From: Podarcis tiliguerta
Lineage: Eukaryota
Strand: one strand, 5' to 3'
NCBI GenBank assembly: GCA_965153285.1
Contig: OZ229112.1
DNA length: 64,000 nucleotides
Positions 37,811 through 51,054 of this stretch are shown here, in pieces. The notes beneath the pieces were generated by a model. It was given only the letters and a program-made list of their open reading frames with translations, did no database searches and was not told the DNA's origin. The position numbers were made by a program, and so were the translations under genes. The first letter of the stretch is position 1; the number at the start of each line of letters is the position of its first letter.

Positions 37811-38492
37811 TATTCGCCAGTAAATTTAACTAGAATCAACTTAGTGGGGTTTTTTTTTTACGAAACCCTAATAAGTATTGTTAAATACTTTCATGTCTCT
37901 CACCTCATTCCATTTTTAATAACTGTGTTCCAGTCCACACAAACACATTTTTTAATGTTAGTTTTCTCTCTTTTCCCACCTTTCTCTGTAGTAAGAAAAT
38001 AAGTTGCAGCACACTTCTGCAATGTTCTGATATTGTATCTGTCTGTACTGCAGTGAACATTGTAACTTAGCTTTAAATAAGCTTTTAAGATACGGCCATC
38101 TGTGTGGTTGTACCTGTTGTCCAAAGAGTAACAAATAATCTGGGATAAAGCTTAAGAGAAGCATCAGAGTTCAGCTGGAAAATAAAGAGGCCAGTCTAAA
38201 ATCCGCCTTGGGTGGATGTTTTTACAGGTCTGGTGGATATCTTCGGGTCTCAGTTGAAGCCTGGATCTGGGGCTGAAATGGCACCTGCTTATGCAAATCA
38301 GTTCAGTTGATTTTATGCTAAATAGCTCATTAATTGGATTGGTCCATTTAGACCAAACTAGCCCAGTGAGAAGGGCAAGATCTGTAGTGCACCAGAAAGG
38401 GCAAGATCTGTAGTGCCTCTTTTTACCGGAAACGTTTATAGATAGGTTATCATCACAAGTACCAGGGATATTGTTTGGAGCTGTATCTTAAA

Positions 38493-38688
38493 ATGATTGC
38501 CTATGTACACTGCCTGCCTTCTGATCCAGTAGTTGGTTGCCTGCAGAGAAGTAAATGGCAGGCCAGCTGTGATGACGATGAAGAACTTCTTCCACTGTAT
38601 TCCAACAAAAGGGAGATCAGTCACACTAAGGTCCATGAGCACTTCAGGAAAAAATGGCTGAGCAAAGACAACGGTACCTTGTGGCCAA
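38493..38688 (+). CDS. NHSL1: Probable additional NHSL1 alternative first coding exon (MIAYVHCLPSDPVVGCLQRSKWQASCDDDEELLPLYSNKREISHTKVHEHFRKKWLSKDNGTLWP)
   Basis: aaaATG (A at -3), 65 uninterrupted codons + 1 nt, then CAA|GTAAGA phase-1 donor. A + CT gives Thr-VSNLDEESRW. Not recognisable as repeat-derived. Confidence 0.65.
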
Positions 38689-41684
38689 GTAAGATTGCAT
38701 TGTGTCTTTTACTAAAACAGTTAAAGCAGGGTGTTTATAATCTTTGTTCTGGATATAGATAAAGTGTTTTTCCCCCCTTTGGCAGTATACAATCAAATAA
38801 ATTTCAAGAGATGTATTGTTTAAAGTCATAAATAGAATGCCTTCTAGAGTGAAGACAAAGTCTGTGATAAAATGTTGTGACTTCACCATTGTTGAAAGTC
38901 TGCTTCATCTTAACATATCCATGTTTTTATTCCTTTACAGCACATTGTAGTTAAATGGAAATGTGTTTGTATTAAAATGTTGAATGACTAAATCAGTGCT
39001 ACTCCCACTCAGTGTTTATGTAATATAGTTTGGTGCCATGAGGGTATCCTGTATTTCCAGTAGGGAAAATAATACTGGAGTCATAATGGCCCTTTTGAAA
39101 ATAAAGTTTTCTAATCTTGCATTTGTTTGAAGCTAGGTTCTGTTAAGCATCATTGTTTCTCACTTTTCACTTTGCCTACCCAAGCAGGGACCGTCACCTG
39201 CTTAGAAAAGTGAGAGAGAGAGAGGAAAAACAAACACTATGTATATTGTAAAGGGAACATTCCTTTTGAGATTGTGCCATTAGCTTTGTATTTTATTTTT
39301 TACAATGAGTAAGTTAATTCACCAGCGGCTGGATTTTATTTTCTCCTTTCCATTCATTCTGATATTCTGTAGTTGGTTGTCAGTTACTTAAATAATATAG
39401 TGCCGCTGTTCTTGGTACTCCTTTTGAGGGGATGGTAGATAGTAACAGCCTTTGAAATTATGCTTCTAAAATCAGGTGACCAAGGAAGCATTTCATAGGA
39501 AAGTTTGACAGTGATGAAACTAAAAAAAGCACAGCATTACTTTGACCTTTAAACTGTTCTCATTTAACATTCAGGTACTTTAAATGTAAACTCACTTTAT
39601 AAAGCAATTACAGTTGTTGTATACCCTTATTATGAGCCAAAATACGGTAACTTTTCACTAGAATTATAACTGTCATATATTTAATTGTCCAGTGTTTAGA
39701 TTAATTCAAATGCTTAAATAGGCATGTCCTGCTTTATTGTAAATATTGTTGTTTTTGTTTTAATGATGTCACTGAACAAGTTGAATAGTTTTGCTTTAAA
39801 ATGATCAAACCACTAGTTCATATATTAATGTTTCCCCATTACATATTGTGTGGAAAAGTTATCCTCCATTCCTCAGCATGTTTTTGGAATTTCTGCAAAC
39901 TTTCAGTAGGTTGAACTACCCTCTTCCGTGATTTAAAATCTTAAAATAGTATATACCAATCCACATCTGAAGAACAGATTCAATTTGTTATTGCAGAAAC
40001 AAATTATAAAGTGATTTCCTTTGGGAAAAGATGGTTGCTTTCCCAATGAAATTTGCTAACATTGTTTTAATGAACAGAACTGCGAAGTATAAAGTAAGAT
40101 CTATGAGCAGCCTAAGTGATTTCTGGATGCAATATGTGAATATCCTGGCAGGATTCTTATTCTATCTCTTTCATTTTGGCTTTGTTTCTAAGCACTGAAG
40201 AACAGAAACTACTGAAAGCTTTCTTTAATTAAGAAAGAAACAAAAACCCAAAACAAACCCCCGAACTCCCAAATGTCCCAAACATAAAACAAAAATAACT
40301 GTGCTTATTCTCATTCTAGCCCCAGTAGCAGGTGCAAATTAGACAGAAAAATGGACAGAGTAGGTCAATATGGACTTTGAGAATGCTTGACGGCAATGTT
40401 AATTGTAGGAATGGCCATTCCCCTTTGACCTCAGGGTCGCAAACAGTCCCTGTGCATCTGTTGTCGCCTGTGGCTACTGGTTTTGCATTCCCTATGGCCA
40501 TATTTTCTTTATGCATACAAGTATTTGTTAGGGATGATGGTGGGTGAGAAAGCTATGTACTGCATGCTTTATTTTTAAAAACCTGGTGGCTGGATCTTAG
40601 TGATAGAAAAGTTGGGAGAGGATCAGTAGTTCATAAGAATAAGTGGAGTTGGCCAGGTATCAGTCAGCTTGTTTGAGAAGCTTGGTGGGTTGATGTATTT
40701 TTAAGGCTGTCTAGTAAGGAACAGGGTTGTAGAGTGTGAGTCTTGTACATAAAATGAAAAACCTATCAAAACAGGTTTCCAGTACTTTCAGTCAATACAT
40801 GATTGCCTAAATACATGAAGCTATTGGTCGCACATAGCATGACTATGTTGCCTTCTCCTCCTGTTTGGGTTGAGGATTCATTCCTTATAGGTAGGCAGTG
40901 TACTGCCACAGTCCAGCAGTGAGGGCAGAACAGAATGGAAGCAGTAGGCCGGCAAAGTGCCCTGCTAATATTGTTTTCATCATTACTTGCACGTCCACCG
41001 TGACACACAAACCTAGCAACCTAGATTGACTGCTGGCAGATGGCCAGCCGTAGTACATAGTCAAACAGTATTTCATTTCATAGAGGCATATGTTTGTCGC
41101 CGGTATTTGTTCAGTATAGATTTACGCAGCTCTCTTAGGCAAGGTCTTTCTAATAGAATGTATGCCATTTATTGTTGAATTAGGAGATTCCAGAGCTTGA
41201 TCAGTCAGTTGTTGCAGGTAAACTAGATTAACTGCTTCAATAGTTTTGTAAGGAAGTGAATTAATAGAGCAAGGGAAACCTTTTTTTTAACTGAGAAAAC
41301 ATTTTACTTTTATTAGTACCGTTTTAAATGCAGCATCAGAAACCTCTTTATTTCTTATTTTGTGTTGCCCTGCAGTATCCTTCCTTCTTTGTCATGTTAT
41401 TTGATCAAAAACATTTTTTATTAATCCCTTCAAATGAAGTATGAGAAAGTTGAGAAAATGAGAAGTTGAGAAAATGGAATAAATGCAAGGATGCTCATAT
41501 GCAGTTCGGGAATATTCTGGGCAGAAGTGGTAACTGGCATTTTTGTAAATAAATCATATTTATTTTATTTAAAAGGCTATGCAGTGAAAGATTAAACCAT
41601 TGCACTATAATGCAATGAAAAGCTTTACATTGCTTGTTTGGTTTTGTATGCTTTCGATGTGATGCATCCTCCCTCCTGTGCTCC

Positions 41685-41821
41685 AAAACCATTACCAAGC
41701 CTGTGTCCCCCATATATTGTTGGGCTACAACTCTTCTAATTTCCAGTCCGCATAGCAAATGTCAGGGAAGATGGGAGGTAGAGTCCAACAGCATCTGGGG
41801 ACCCAAGATTGGTAAAGGCTG
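41685..41821. mobile_element. Old hAT-type palindromic MITE
   Basis: ttgggctacaactc...gatgggaggtagagtccaacagcatctgg core. Confidence 0.5.
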
Positions 41822-44154
41822 TTCTAGAGGGTGCTCTCTTGCTGGAATGGCAAGTGTGAGATAGAAACTGTTCTTGTTAGTTGTGTCTTCCTGTAGGAAG
41901 CGGTGAAAGGACAGCTATTCCCCTTCTTTTCCCTAATGCAGTGGCTCAGACAGGGTGGTATAGTTATTCCCTCAGTGCACGTTGTTCCATTCTTTGGAAC
42001 ACAGCTTACCATTAGCCTGTTCCAGGAACCCTCTAATGGCAGGGAAATGAAGGTTTGTCTCCTCCCTGCAATCCAATAACTTTATCCTAGTTGTTAATTA
42101 TGATGGACATTTTGCTACTTTTATTATAAAAGAATTATTATAAAAGAATTTATTACAAAATAATAACAACTGACTAGACTCAATGGCAACGGAAACTGCT
42201 GAAAGTGTGTGTATATTCTACTTTGTTAACTAACTGGAGTAAAACATGGTTTCCTGAGTTTGCACAGAATGCGGACAGTGGTTTAGTCAAAACTGAAAGC
42301 AAAAGCTTTCAGTCTTTCGTCTTTCACACGAGAAGAGAAGAAAGGGCAGCCAGCCAAAGGTTTATAGCAGCTTGTTCCAGATCATCTAAGCCAGAGCATT
42401 GTAATCTGTTTAGTTTAATCACCATGGAACCAGTGCAGGTTGTAATGTCTGTTTGGAATTCTACTTCAAGGAACTGAATCCCAGTCCTCCTCATCCTGGA
42501 TCTCACTGGTCAGACATAAATACATGATGGCCCCAATTCATTGAAGCTGTCAACTCAACTTGGCAGCAAATGTGTGTACTCTCCCATTTACTCTGCAATT
42601 GCTGCGCATGAGGATTTGGTTAGTGCTATCAGCTCTGACAGTGATTATTACTCTGTGTTGTTCAGGAAGTGCTGATGAGGGAGAAGGTGCTTTGATCCAT
42701 TTATGATGAATGAAGCATAAAATCAGCACCAAAAGACAATGCTATTAACAAAAACAAAACTATTGCAGCTCTTCAAGTCTGGATTTGAGTGAATCTCCAA
42801 GAGCATAGAATTCCACAATTTTGGAACTGTTACTAGGAGCACCTCTCTGCTTATGCATGATAGACCTTAGGCATATATGAGGTTGCCTTTGGACATGACA
42901 CAGAGGGGAAGCCAAAACAAACCTCCTGGAGGCTGATTGATGTTTTGTTGTGACTTCAAAAAAAGTTTGGGGAAGCTTTTCACTAACTGCACACGACCAG
43001 CAGCAGGATTTTCAGAACTGTGAATGTTTCAGGTAGAACAGCTAAGAGCACCCGACTTTCGTTCTTTACCAAACCATTTGACAAAAACAAGGCAGTTTTG
43101 ACAACTATCGCAGAAACCACTTTCCCTGATAGTAGTGCCACTTAGAGAAGTGATTTACTAGTAAAATGGTAATCTTAACACTACTGTATATTTTGTGTAG
43201 TGTAGTAACCACTTCTTTGCTCTAAAAAATAATAATTAGCCAGGCACTTACAAAATCAAAACATTTCTCACAACAGAAAGGAAAAAGCAGGAAAAACTTC
43301 AGTATTATGGAGTCAGCAAATAACCTCAGAACTTAAATGTTTCTTGAAGGAATAAAGCAATTTTATTTCTTTTCCCACACCCAAATTCAAATATTGTTCT
43401 GTAGTTCATACATTTCCTGCTAGACCAAGATAGAGTGTCAGGTTCCTTCTGTATATTAAATAGTACCCCCCCCCCCCCGCAGGAAATAAGTCTTCTGCTA
43501 TCCCATATTTGCTTTCTTTATTGACACCCTTTTAGAAGACTTAAAAGGATTGGCTGCAGTAAGCTATCAGTTCATCACAGAACAAAAGTGGTTAATCTTA
43601 ATTTGTCTAATTAGCATCTGATATGTGGACCAGCTGCTTCCTTGAACAAAAGCAGATGATCAAACCATCTTATTAATTGCATATTAATTCTTGCATGCGT
43701 CTTAACCATATGGGAGACCTCTGTGAATGTACTGAGGCAAATTCATTATGAGAGCTGGGGAAACGAAAGAGCAATTGTATCTTCAGAGAACAGAGTATAG
43801 GGACCATGGAAAATGTGTGTGTCATCCTAACATGACCCATCTGTGTTTCCTGTGCTCTTTGTTACTAACATTGAAAACGATTTAAGAATAAAGCTAGACA
43901 ACTGAAGCGACATGTGTGTTTGATAGCTGCAGTTCTGTGACTGGGGTACCTATATTATCTCACTAAGTTATTCTTGCCATACTCCAAAGAAACCTTCCTT
44001 ATTTATATTACTTATATGGCTAAATTTGTAAGTCAGATATGACCGCCGATATCTTTTATTGGTCTTCGTTTACGAGTTTCTTCGGTTTTAATTTTCAAAC
44101 AATTCTAGAGCTGCAGCACAGACTGTGGACATCACAAAAAACTTTGGTTCAGCA

Positions 44155-44275
44155 CAGGGGGTAGCCAATGTGCTCCAGGTGTTGAACTCAGCTCTAGCCA
44201 GCATGATCAGTGGTCAGGGATCATGATAATTGTAGTACAGCAACATCTGGAGAGCCCTTTGTTGGCTGCTTCTGA
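44155..44275. mobile_element. Old hAT-type palindromic MITE
   Basis: cagggggtagccaa...ttggctgcttctg ends; ttgtagtacagcaacatctggag core. Confidence 0.55.
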
Positions 44276-45354
44276 TTTGGGAAGTCATGAATGAACCTAG
44301 CCCCTTCACAGGCTTGGAGGCTTCCCGTCCTCACTATCTCCTTGTATAGCTGGGAAGAGGCAGTTTAGAAGCTGTTCTGCTTTGAATTAAACATAGTTTG
44401 CCAGATAGACCAGGTCTGTGGTTGATGTTAATTATATTGAGAGCAATTCAACGTCACAATAACGTGATTGTTCTGCCAGAGCAAGCATTTTGGCTTGCCA
44501 GATGGAACGGTCCTCCTTTCCTCCCCCCTCACACTATTTCAGGAGTCTTCCCGAATTCCTGCCCCCCCCCAAGCTTTTTGGGGCTGGGAGGCGGGGGCAG
44601 GAGAAAGCACTGTTGCACAAGTGGAAGTCCCTGTGTTGAGCTACACTGATAGGACTTATTAGATGAATCCTTCATGGTTAGTTCAAAACAGTTCAGCATC
44701 AGAAACCATGGTTTGAAGATGGTTGGTTTTAAACTGACACTAGTTAATGTTACCCACAGTTTGTCAGTCCAGATGTTATTACAAACCATGGTTGACCAGA
44801 GATGCAAATAAAACTTTACCAATTCCTCCAGGCCACCAGGAAGGAAGTAGCATGCAAGCCTTGGAGGAAACTAGGTTTGTTTGTACCTAGTTCTTGCAGC
44901 ATGGTAAGCCAAACTACGGCTCCCTAGGACCACACAAATATTCTGGCTCCTGGAACAGAGTTCACACCCACTTTGCTTCTCCCTAGTCCTTTTTAGCTCA
45001 GCGCAGCATGGCAGCTAGCCCAAAGTCTGGCTTAGCATGTCATTAGAACCCAGACTCATGGTTACGCTCTCTCCTTATTAACCATGAGCTGTGGCCAAGT
45101 TTTGTTCTTGTAGAAGTGCAGTGTAACAGAGACATCCTGCCTAGCACCACACACATTTGGATGTTTGCACTAAGCTATGGTTTGGCATAATGTTGTGTGC
45201 AGCCATTGTCTGCATACAACCATAGTGATATGCACAACGAAATACATATATTGAATCTGGTGGATGTTATTATGATAACCATTGTCACACAAAAATGGTT
45301 CTGCGTGTTGCAGCAAAAACAAGACTGTTGAAGCCCCTTAAAGGCTAACAAATT

Positions 45355-45590
45355 TTATTTTTTATTTTTTATTAATTACATTTATATCCCACCTTTTCTC
45401 CCAGGGGCTCAAAGTGACACACATGGTTCTCGCTTTTCCCATTTTATTCTCGCAACAACCCTGTGAGGTAGGTAAGGCTGAGAGTGAGTGACTAGCCCAA
45501 GGTCATCCAGCAAGCATCATGGCCAAATGGGGATTTGAACCCTGGTCTCCCAAGTCCTTGTCCAACACATTAACCACTATACTGCAATGG
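45355..45590 (-). mobile_element. Squam3/CORE-like SINE inserted in a Penelope-like remnant (45315-45695)
   Basis: aacaaccctgtgaggtagg...gatttgaaccctggtctcc...ttaaccacta. Flanks ccttaaaggctaacaaattt and ggcataagctttcacg...tttaaggtg join into one palindromic element. Confidence 0.7.
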
Positions 45591-48027
45591 CATAAGCTTT
45601 CACGAGCAAGCGTGTGTATCTAAAGAATTGGTCTCTAGTCCCCAAAATCTTAGGCTGTAATAAAATTGGTGTTTAAGGTGTCAGTGGATGGCTTTTACAA
45701 AACATATAGTGTAGTTGAGATAAGTATGAATGGTGACTCTTTTTTCTGGTTTCATTTTGGCTAGTAAACAAAAGTTGATAATTTTGGTCAGTTCAGTTAA
45801 GAACATAAACATACAATGGAATTCAATCTTATAAACGTTTGCCACCTAACCTAGGCAGCTTACGATTCAAGACAAAGCAGAGCAACAGGTCTCTTCCATT
45901 AAAAATATAAATAATTTTTTTTGATGGGTTCATCCTCTGAATACATGTTTTTTTAAATGAAATGACTACTGAAATATTACTCTATGTTTTCATTTAATGA
46001 ATTCTGAGTAAGAATATGGTTATTAGGAGATAGTTGGCTTCAGCTCCTAAAGTATGGTATTCTTTTCTTGCCACCAAAAGTAGCTGTAACTAAAATTAGG
46101 CTAGTATGAGTATCACTTCAGTGCTGTAACTCACATCAGAGTTACAGATTCTTCTAGTGAAGGGAGCATAATACTGTTTACCTTTGTCAGTAGAGGCAGA
46201 AAGATAAACTGGAGAGTACTGTTTCTGTTTCCTGCAGATGGCAGCATTTTGCCTTCTTGCAGGTATTCCAAGGCTCTACTGCTTTGGGAGGCATCTAATT
46301 ATGTTTTTCTTCCACCCCCAACCATCTGTTTTGATTTTTTGACTAAATAAAAATGTCTATTATACCTAATTCATCTGTTAGCTTCTTTTGACAGTTCTTA
46401 AAATCATTTTGTTTCAGCACAATGTCTCACAAAGCGCCATGGGTGAATCAAGGCTTCCATATAGTTTTCTGTTCTTCCCTGATCAATGGCAATATTTCTA
46501 GACCATTTTATTTCATTTTTTTTGTTGCTAATAAAACAGATTTTAGCTATTCACAACAGACAAATATATAACATTGAAATGCTGCCAGTGAAATATTTGG
46601 GTTCCTGATTTGCTTGGGTGAAGCAGTATTAAGGTGAGCCTCACAATATTTTGAATTTGTAGAGGATACAACTAAGAGCAGTGTCCTAGCATTTGAGGGT
46701 AAGGAGGTACACGTTGCAATAGGGATTAAAACACTTCTTTAGCTGTTAGTAAATCAGTGCACAACACAGAATCCCAAGTCTTCACATTCAAGGAAAAGAT
46801 GGGTGATCGCATGCCTAATCATTGTTCTTTGTCTGTATAGAGGAAGCCGAAAAGTGTCCATAATCTCAAAGCAGGTTGCTTATGTAACCCTAAAACTGGC
46901 AATCTTAATGTTCAACATCCCAAATGCTGAGCATAAATGGTTGCCACCAGTTGTAACCAACCAGCATCTTTTATTTGGTTCATTACTAAGAAAAACAAGT
47001 GCTGCAAATAGGCAGCTGCTGAACTTTGGCATGCCTCTTCTCTCCTTCCTAACGACTGAGTGTCTGCTTCTTGTCATGTGTGACACTACCCTGTGGAAAA
47101 CTGGGCACCTCCTTCAGTACCATCTTTCCATGCTCAGAAAAATGCATTACATTGCTTAACTCTACTGCTTGTAATGGCAAGCAGCATCAGTATAGAATTT
47201 AAGAAGGAAAAAAAAATGTGAATTTATTTCCCCACAACATCAGAAGTATGATGCTTCTGCCAGCTGAACTTCCAGGGGACCAAAGCTGAAGATAATAAAA
47301 TTAAAAATTAAGTAAAAGGGGGGGGGGGGGCGTTTGCAAAGTGCTTTATAAAAACCCTGTGTCTAAGCTCGGGAAAAAGGAATAGTCTGGTGAGAGAAAA
47401 GGGAGAAGAGTAGAAGTGACGCATCTTCTTTTTCTGGACCCTATCATGATCTGTCTGCCAGTGTGAACAGGAAACAGATCCATCCAAGTCCAAATTAAAA
47501 TGGAAAGTTTTATGATAGGGTGGAAGGTTCATTAAAGTTTACAGCCAATAAAAAAACAGACCTATCTGGAAAAAGGCCTTTATCTGGAAGCATCAAGAGA
47601 TCAGTCAAGGGTAGAGGGTGTGGTGTTCTAATACAAAATATTTTTCTTCCATGCTAAGCAGTATCACTGAGGATAAAATTGTGAGGTGTCTAAAATTATA
47701 GAAGTGACAGGGCAGGGGTCTTTGTATTCAGAAATTGCAATCCCAATGGCTTAAAAAAATGGAGGGCTTATTGATTGGGTGGGATTACCAAACACACAAA
47801 TCTCTACTTAAAAGTAATTGGGATGTGTCTGGAACTCAGTGCTATACTTGCTCAAAATGTTATTGATTTCAGGAACCCATCAACTGAAGTGCCCCAGGCT
47901 TAAAGCTACTTTTAGTGGCTCTAAGGAATGTCACTGTAGTGACTGTAAAAACTGTGTACAATTCAAAGAATTTGTTAATTGGACAAATAAGGAAAGTAGA
48001 TTCTCCAATATTTTTACAGTTGTAATA

Positions 48028-48258
48028 CAGTAAGCCTGTAACTTACATGCATTTAACTTGTGCTCATTCAGCTTTACGTGCTTGGCAATTTTTTAAAAAA
48101 TAAAATAGAAAGGGGACAGAAAGGGGGTGGGTATCTAGGGGGAAAGTCTTTAACAATTCCATCCACCATTTGCTCCCCATGTTCTTTTGATTATACACGA
48201 TTTTGGCTTTAGGCATGATCCCTGGAACGTAGCCCTCACGTAAGTTGCAGGCTTACTG
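48028..48258. mobile_element. Tigger-like MITE, family B
   Basis: TA|CAGTAAGCCTGTAACTTAC...GTAAGTTGCAGGCTTACTG|TA. Confidence 0.85.
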
Positions 48259-48667
48259 TACTACTAAAGGAGTTAAATATGTGGCTCAGTGCCCCTGCAA
48301 TATCATGTTTGTGGTGATGCCAATGGGATAAAATGAGGATATATGAGCATAAAAGCTGTGTTAGGAATTACAGAAGAATCAATTTGGGTGTAAGTTTTTA
48401 GTTGCTAAGCTCTTGTAATGTTGACCTGCTGGAATAAAAAGACTTCAAGGTGAAGAGGAGCCAGAAGCTGCTGGTCGAATGGGGAGGCCTTGAACTCCTG
48501 CCTTTCCCTTCTATTATAGCCTGATTGAATGGCTGTTCTAGATGAGAGTTGAAGGAAGCATCTGATGAAGCTGGTCTCTCAGCAGGGTTTTAATCTGTTT
48601 GGGAAACCTCCGCAGAAGCAGCAGGCTCCCTGATACCCTTCAATACATGGGAAGGCAGCATATATGT

Positions 48668-48803
48668 CAGGAATAGGCAAACTCGGCCCTCCAGATGTTT
48701 TGAGACTACAATTCCCATCACCCCTGACCACTGGTCCTGTTAGCTAGGCATGATGGGAGTTGTAGTCCCAAAACATCTGGAGGGCTGAGTTTTCCTATGC
48801 CTG
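48668..48803. mobile_element. hAT-type palindromic MITE (same family as 24030)
   Basis: 136-bp hairpin; perfect 8-bp TSD atatatgt on both sides. Confidence 0.9.
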
Positions 48804-51023
48804 ATATATGTGATGGATAGTGGTGGCGCTATCTAGCCATCTCTGCTTTTTCCACCTGTGATTCTGGATAGTGTTAAGGAGACAGTAACTTGCAATAGAG
48901 CTCACCCAGTGAGTTCATTTTGTAATTGGAAAACTTGTGTCTTCGTGCTTTAGAATGCTATTCACACTGATGCTGTGAATAAGGAAAAGGAGCACCAGCT
49001 TTTCACACATCAGTTACAGGGAGCCCACAATTCTGGGCTGTTTCTGGTTAATTTTACCTAAGGGAGTTAGTAATTCATTTGTATTGATTGTTTTATTGAC
49101 TTCTTTATACTGTAATCAAATTTTCTTCTTCTAAGGTCATTTCTCCCTTTGACCTTACAGTAGATTTCTTAGTAACATAGCTGGCTTTTCCATGTGCTGC
49201 TGACTCAGATGTTTTCTGTTCAAACTAGACATATTAATTAATTGGCTACTTTGAATAGCATTTAATTAAAACCTATTTTTGTATGAGAAAAGTACATATA
49301 AACCCAAATTCTTTTCTAATAATTGCTGATTCGTGCAGTTATTTGTCCTATTGACATGAAAGCGGAACCACTCTGAAACTACTTTGCATGCACAATGTGC
49401 TATCACCTGCTGTATTTTAGCTAACTTGTCCTTCAGCTTATTTGTAAAAAAGCACTCATCATTGCTTGGCAAGATTTTTGCGTGAAGCATTTGCATAAAA
49501 GCTCAGGATTTCCAATAGTTTCACCTTGTAAATATGTTGGGTTTTCTTTTTTAAGTTAATACAGTACTCAAGATCATGACAAACTTACAGTCATGAATAT
49601 TAATTGAATGCATGGTTATGCCATGGAAACGGAATTGTTTCATTCAGTTGAAATGCAAATACCCTGTAACAGTTATTCATACTAAATTTGGCCACTATAA
49701 AATAGTAATTTATTATTTATATCCCCTTCTTTCATGATCAGAATCCAATGAGATACAAATCCACATTCATTTGCGTAACCTTTCACATTTTGAAATTTTA
49801 ATTACCATAATTTGATAACCCGATCTTTAGATTGCAAGCTTGTAGAACAGTTTACATATTCTAAAATAAAAAAGTAGCTACTGAAACTGAAAGAGCAGCA
49901 AAGTCAGCATAAAATTTGAAAAAAATAAATCTAAAAGTTCTAATAAAAGGCCTAAAATGGTGGAAGGCTATACTGGAGGGCTGCAGGTTTCCTCTACTCT
50001 GCCCTAGGCAAAAGAACTTTTAGCACTACAGAAAACCCTTACTAAATCTGACTTGCTAGGTGACCACAATCCAGCCTAAAGATACTATTGGCTTTTGGAT
50101 CAGCTACTTTGACCAGTTTCAGTTGTTTTGCTCTGTGAATCCTGACATTGCTATTGGGAGTAAGCACAAACATGTGTTCCAACTAATTAAGCCAATGCAG
50201 AAAGTGTGTCCAAATTCAGGGGGACACAAGTAATGGTGTCATGAGTAGGAAAATGTCCATCCTGCAGTTAAGGAGGCAGCGATTGAACTCTTCATCTTTT
50301 CCAGTGGACAATCTCAACCTATGTTCCTTCTTAGGAAAACAAATTGGGAATATGGTTGCTGCACAATTCTAGGCATTATTGGATAACCTCCTTTCTTGAC
50401 CTGTTTTTAATCAGGATTTCAGCTGACTATGGAACTAAGACAGCTTCGTTGCACAAAACTGTAATAATAACTTAATTAAAAGCTTTAATAAACTGGGTGG
50501 TGAAAAAAATTAAAGTTCCAAAGGCCTGCCCAAACAGTAGGGTTCCCTTGGATACTGTCAGCTATGCTTGAAGTAGCAGTTACAACCTGAAGACTACTAT
50601 GAATACAAACCCCTGCCACTGCTGATAAGTATGGAAAAAGATGAAGGCATCTCAGAGAGGATGGTCATGGCAAGCAAAGGCTTTTGGCAGGTGGCACAGG
50701 TTCACAACAGAGAGAGCTCTGTGCTGATTCAGACTTGGCACAATTTAAAACTGGATTAATTTGAACATCCAGCAGATACTCTTCAAATTAATTTGATTCC
50801 AAATTAGATGGGGAGATTTGATTCGTTGATGATGTGAACTGGTCCTGAAACTTACAAAGTTACTATGAAGGCTTGGAATTTATACAAGATACTCTGTATG
50901 TTTGGTAAGCTAACATTTACTGAATGTAGGGCAGATTTAAAGTTTATGACATTAAATTATTTCCACATTTGAGCAAAAATGCATTTGTTTTTTTCTGCAT
51001 GGCTCAGTGGTGGATGGGACAAG

Positions 51024-51054
51024 GTTTGTTTGTTTGTTTGTTTGTTTGTTTGTT
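51024..51054. repeat. (TTTG)n microsatellite
   Basis: Direct observation. Confidence 0.9.

Noticed and set aside
40383-40547. MLDGNVNC... ORF with possible ATG|GTGGGT phase-1 donor
   Set aside because: No promoter-like context or recognisable similarity; compatible with chance.
41441-41476. Short tandem duplication (atgagaaagttgagaaa x2); similar one at 42121-42150
   Set aside because: Common slippage events with no functional indication.
46238-46268. ATG...GCA G|GTATTC (MAAFCLLA) as another phase-1 first exon
   Set aside because: Weak donor, poor -3 Kozak context, and the sequence is equally explained as a CTCF-like motif or pyrimidine tract.
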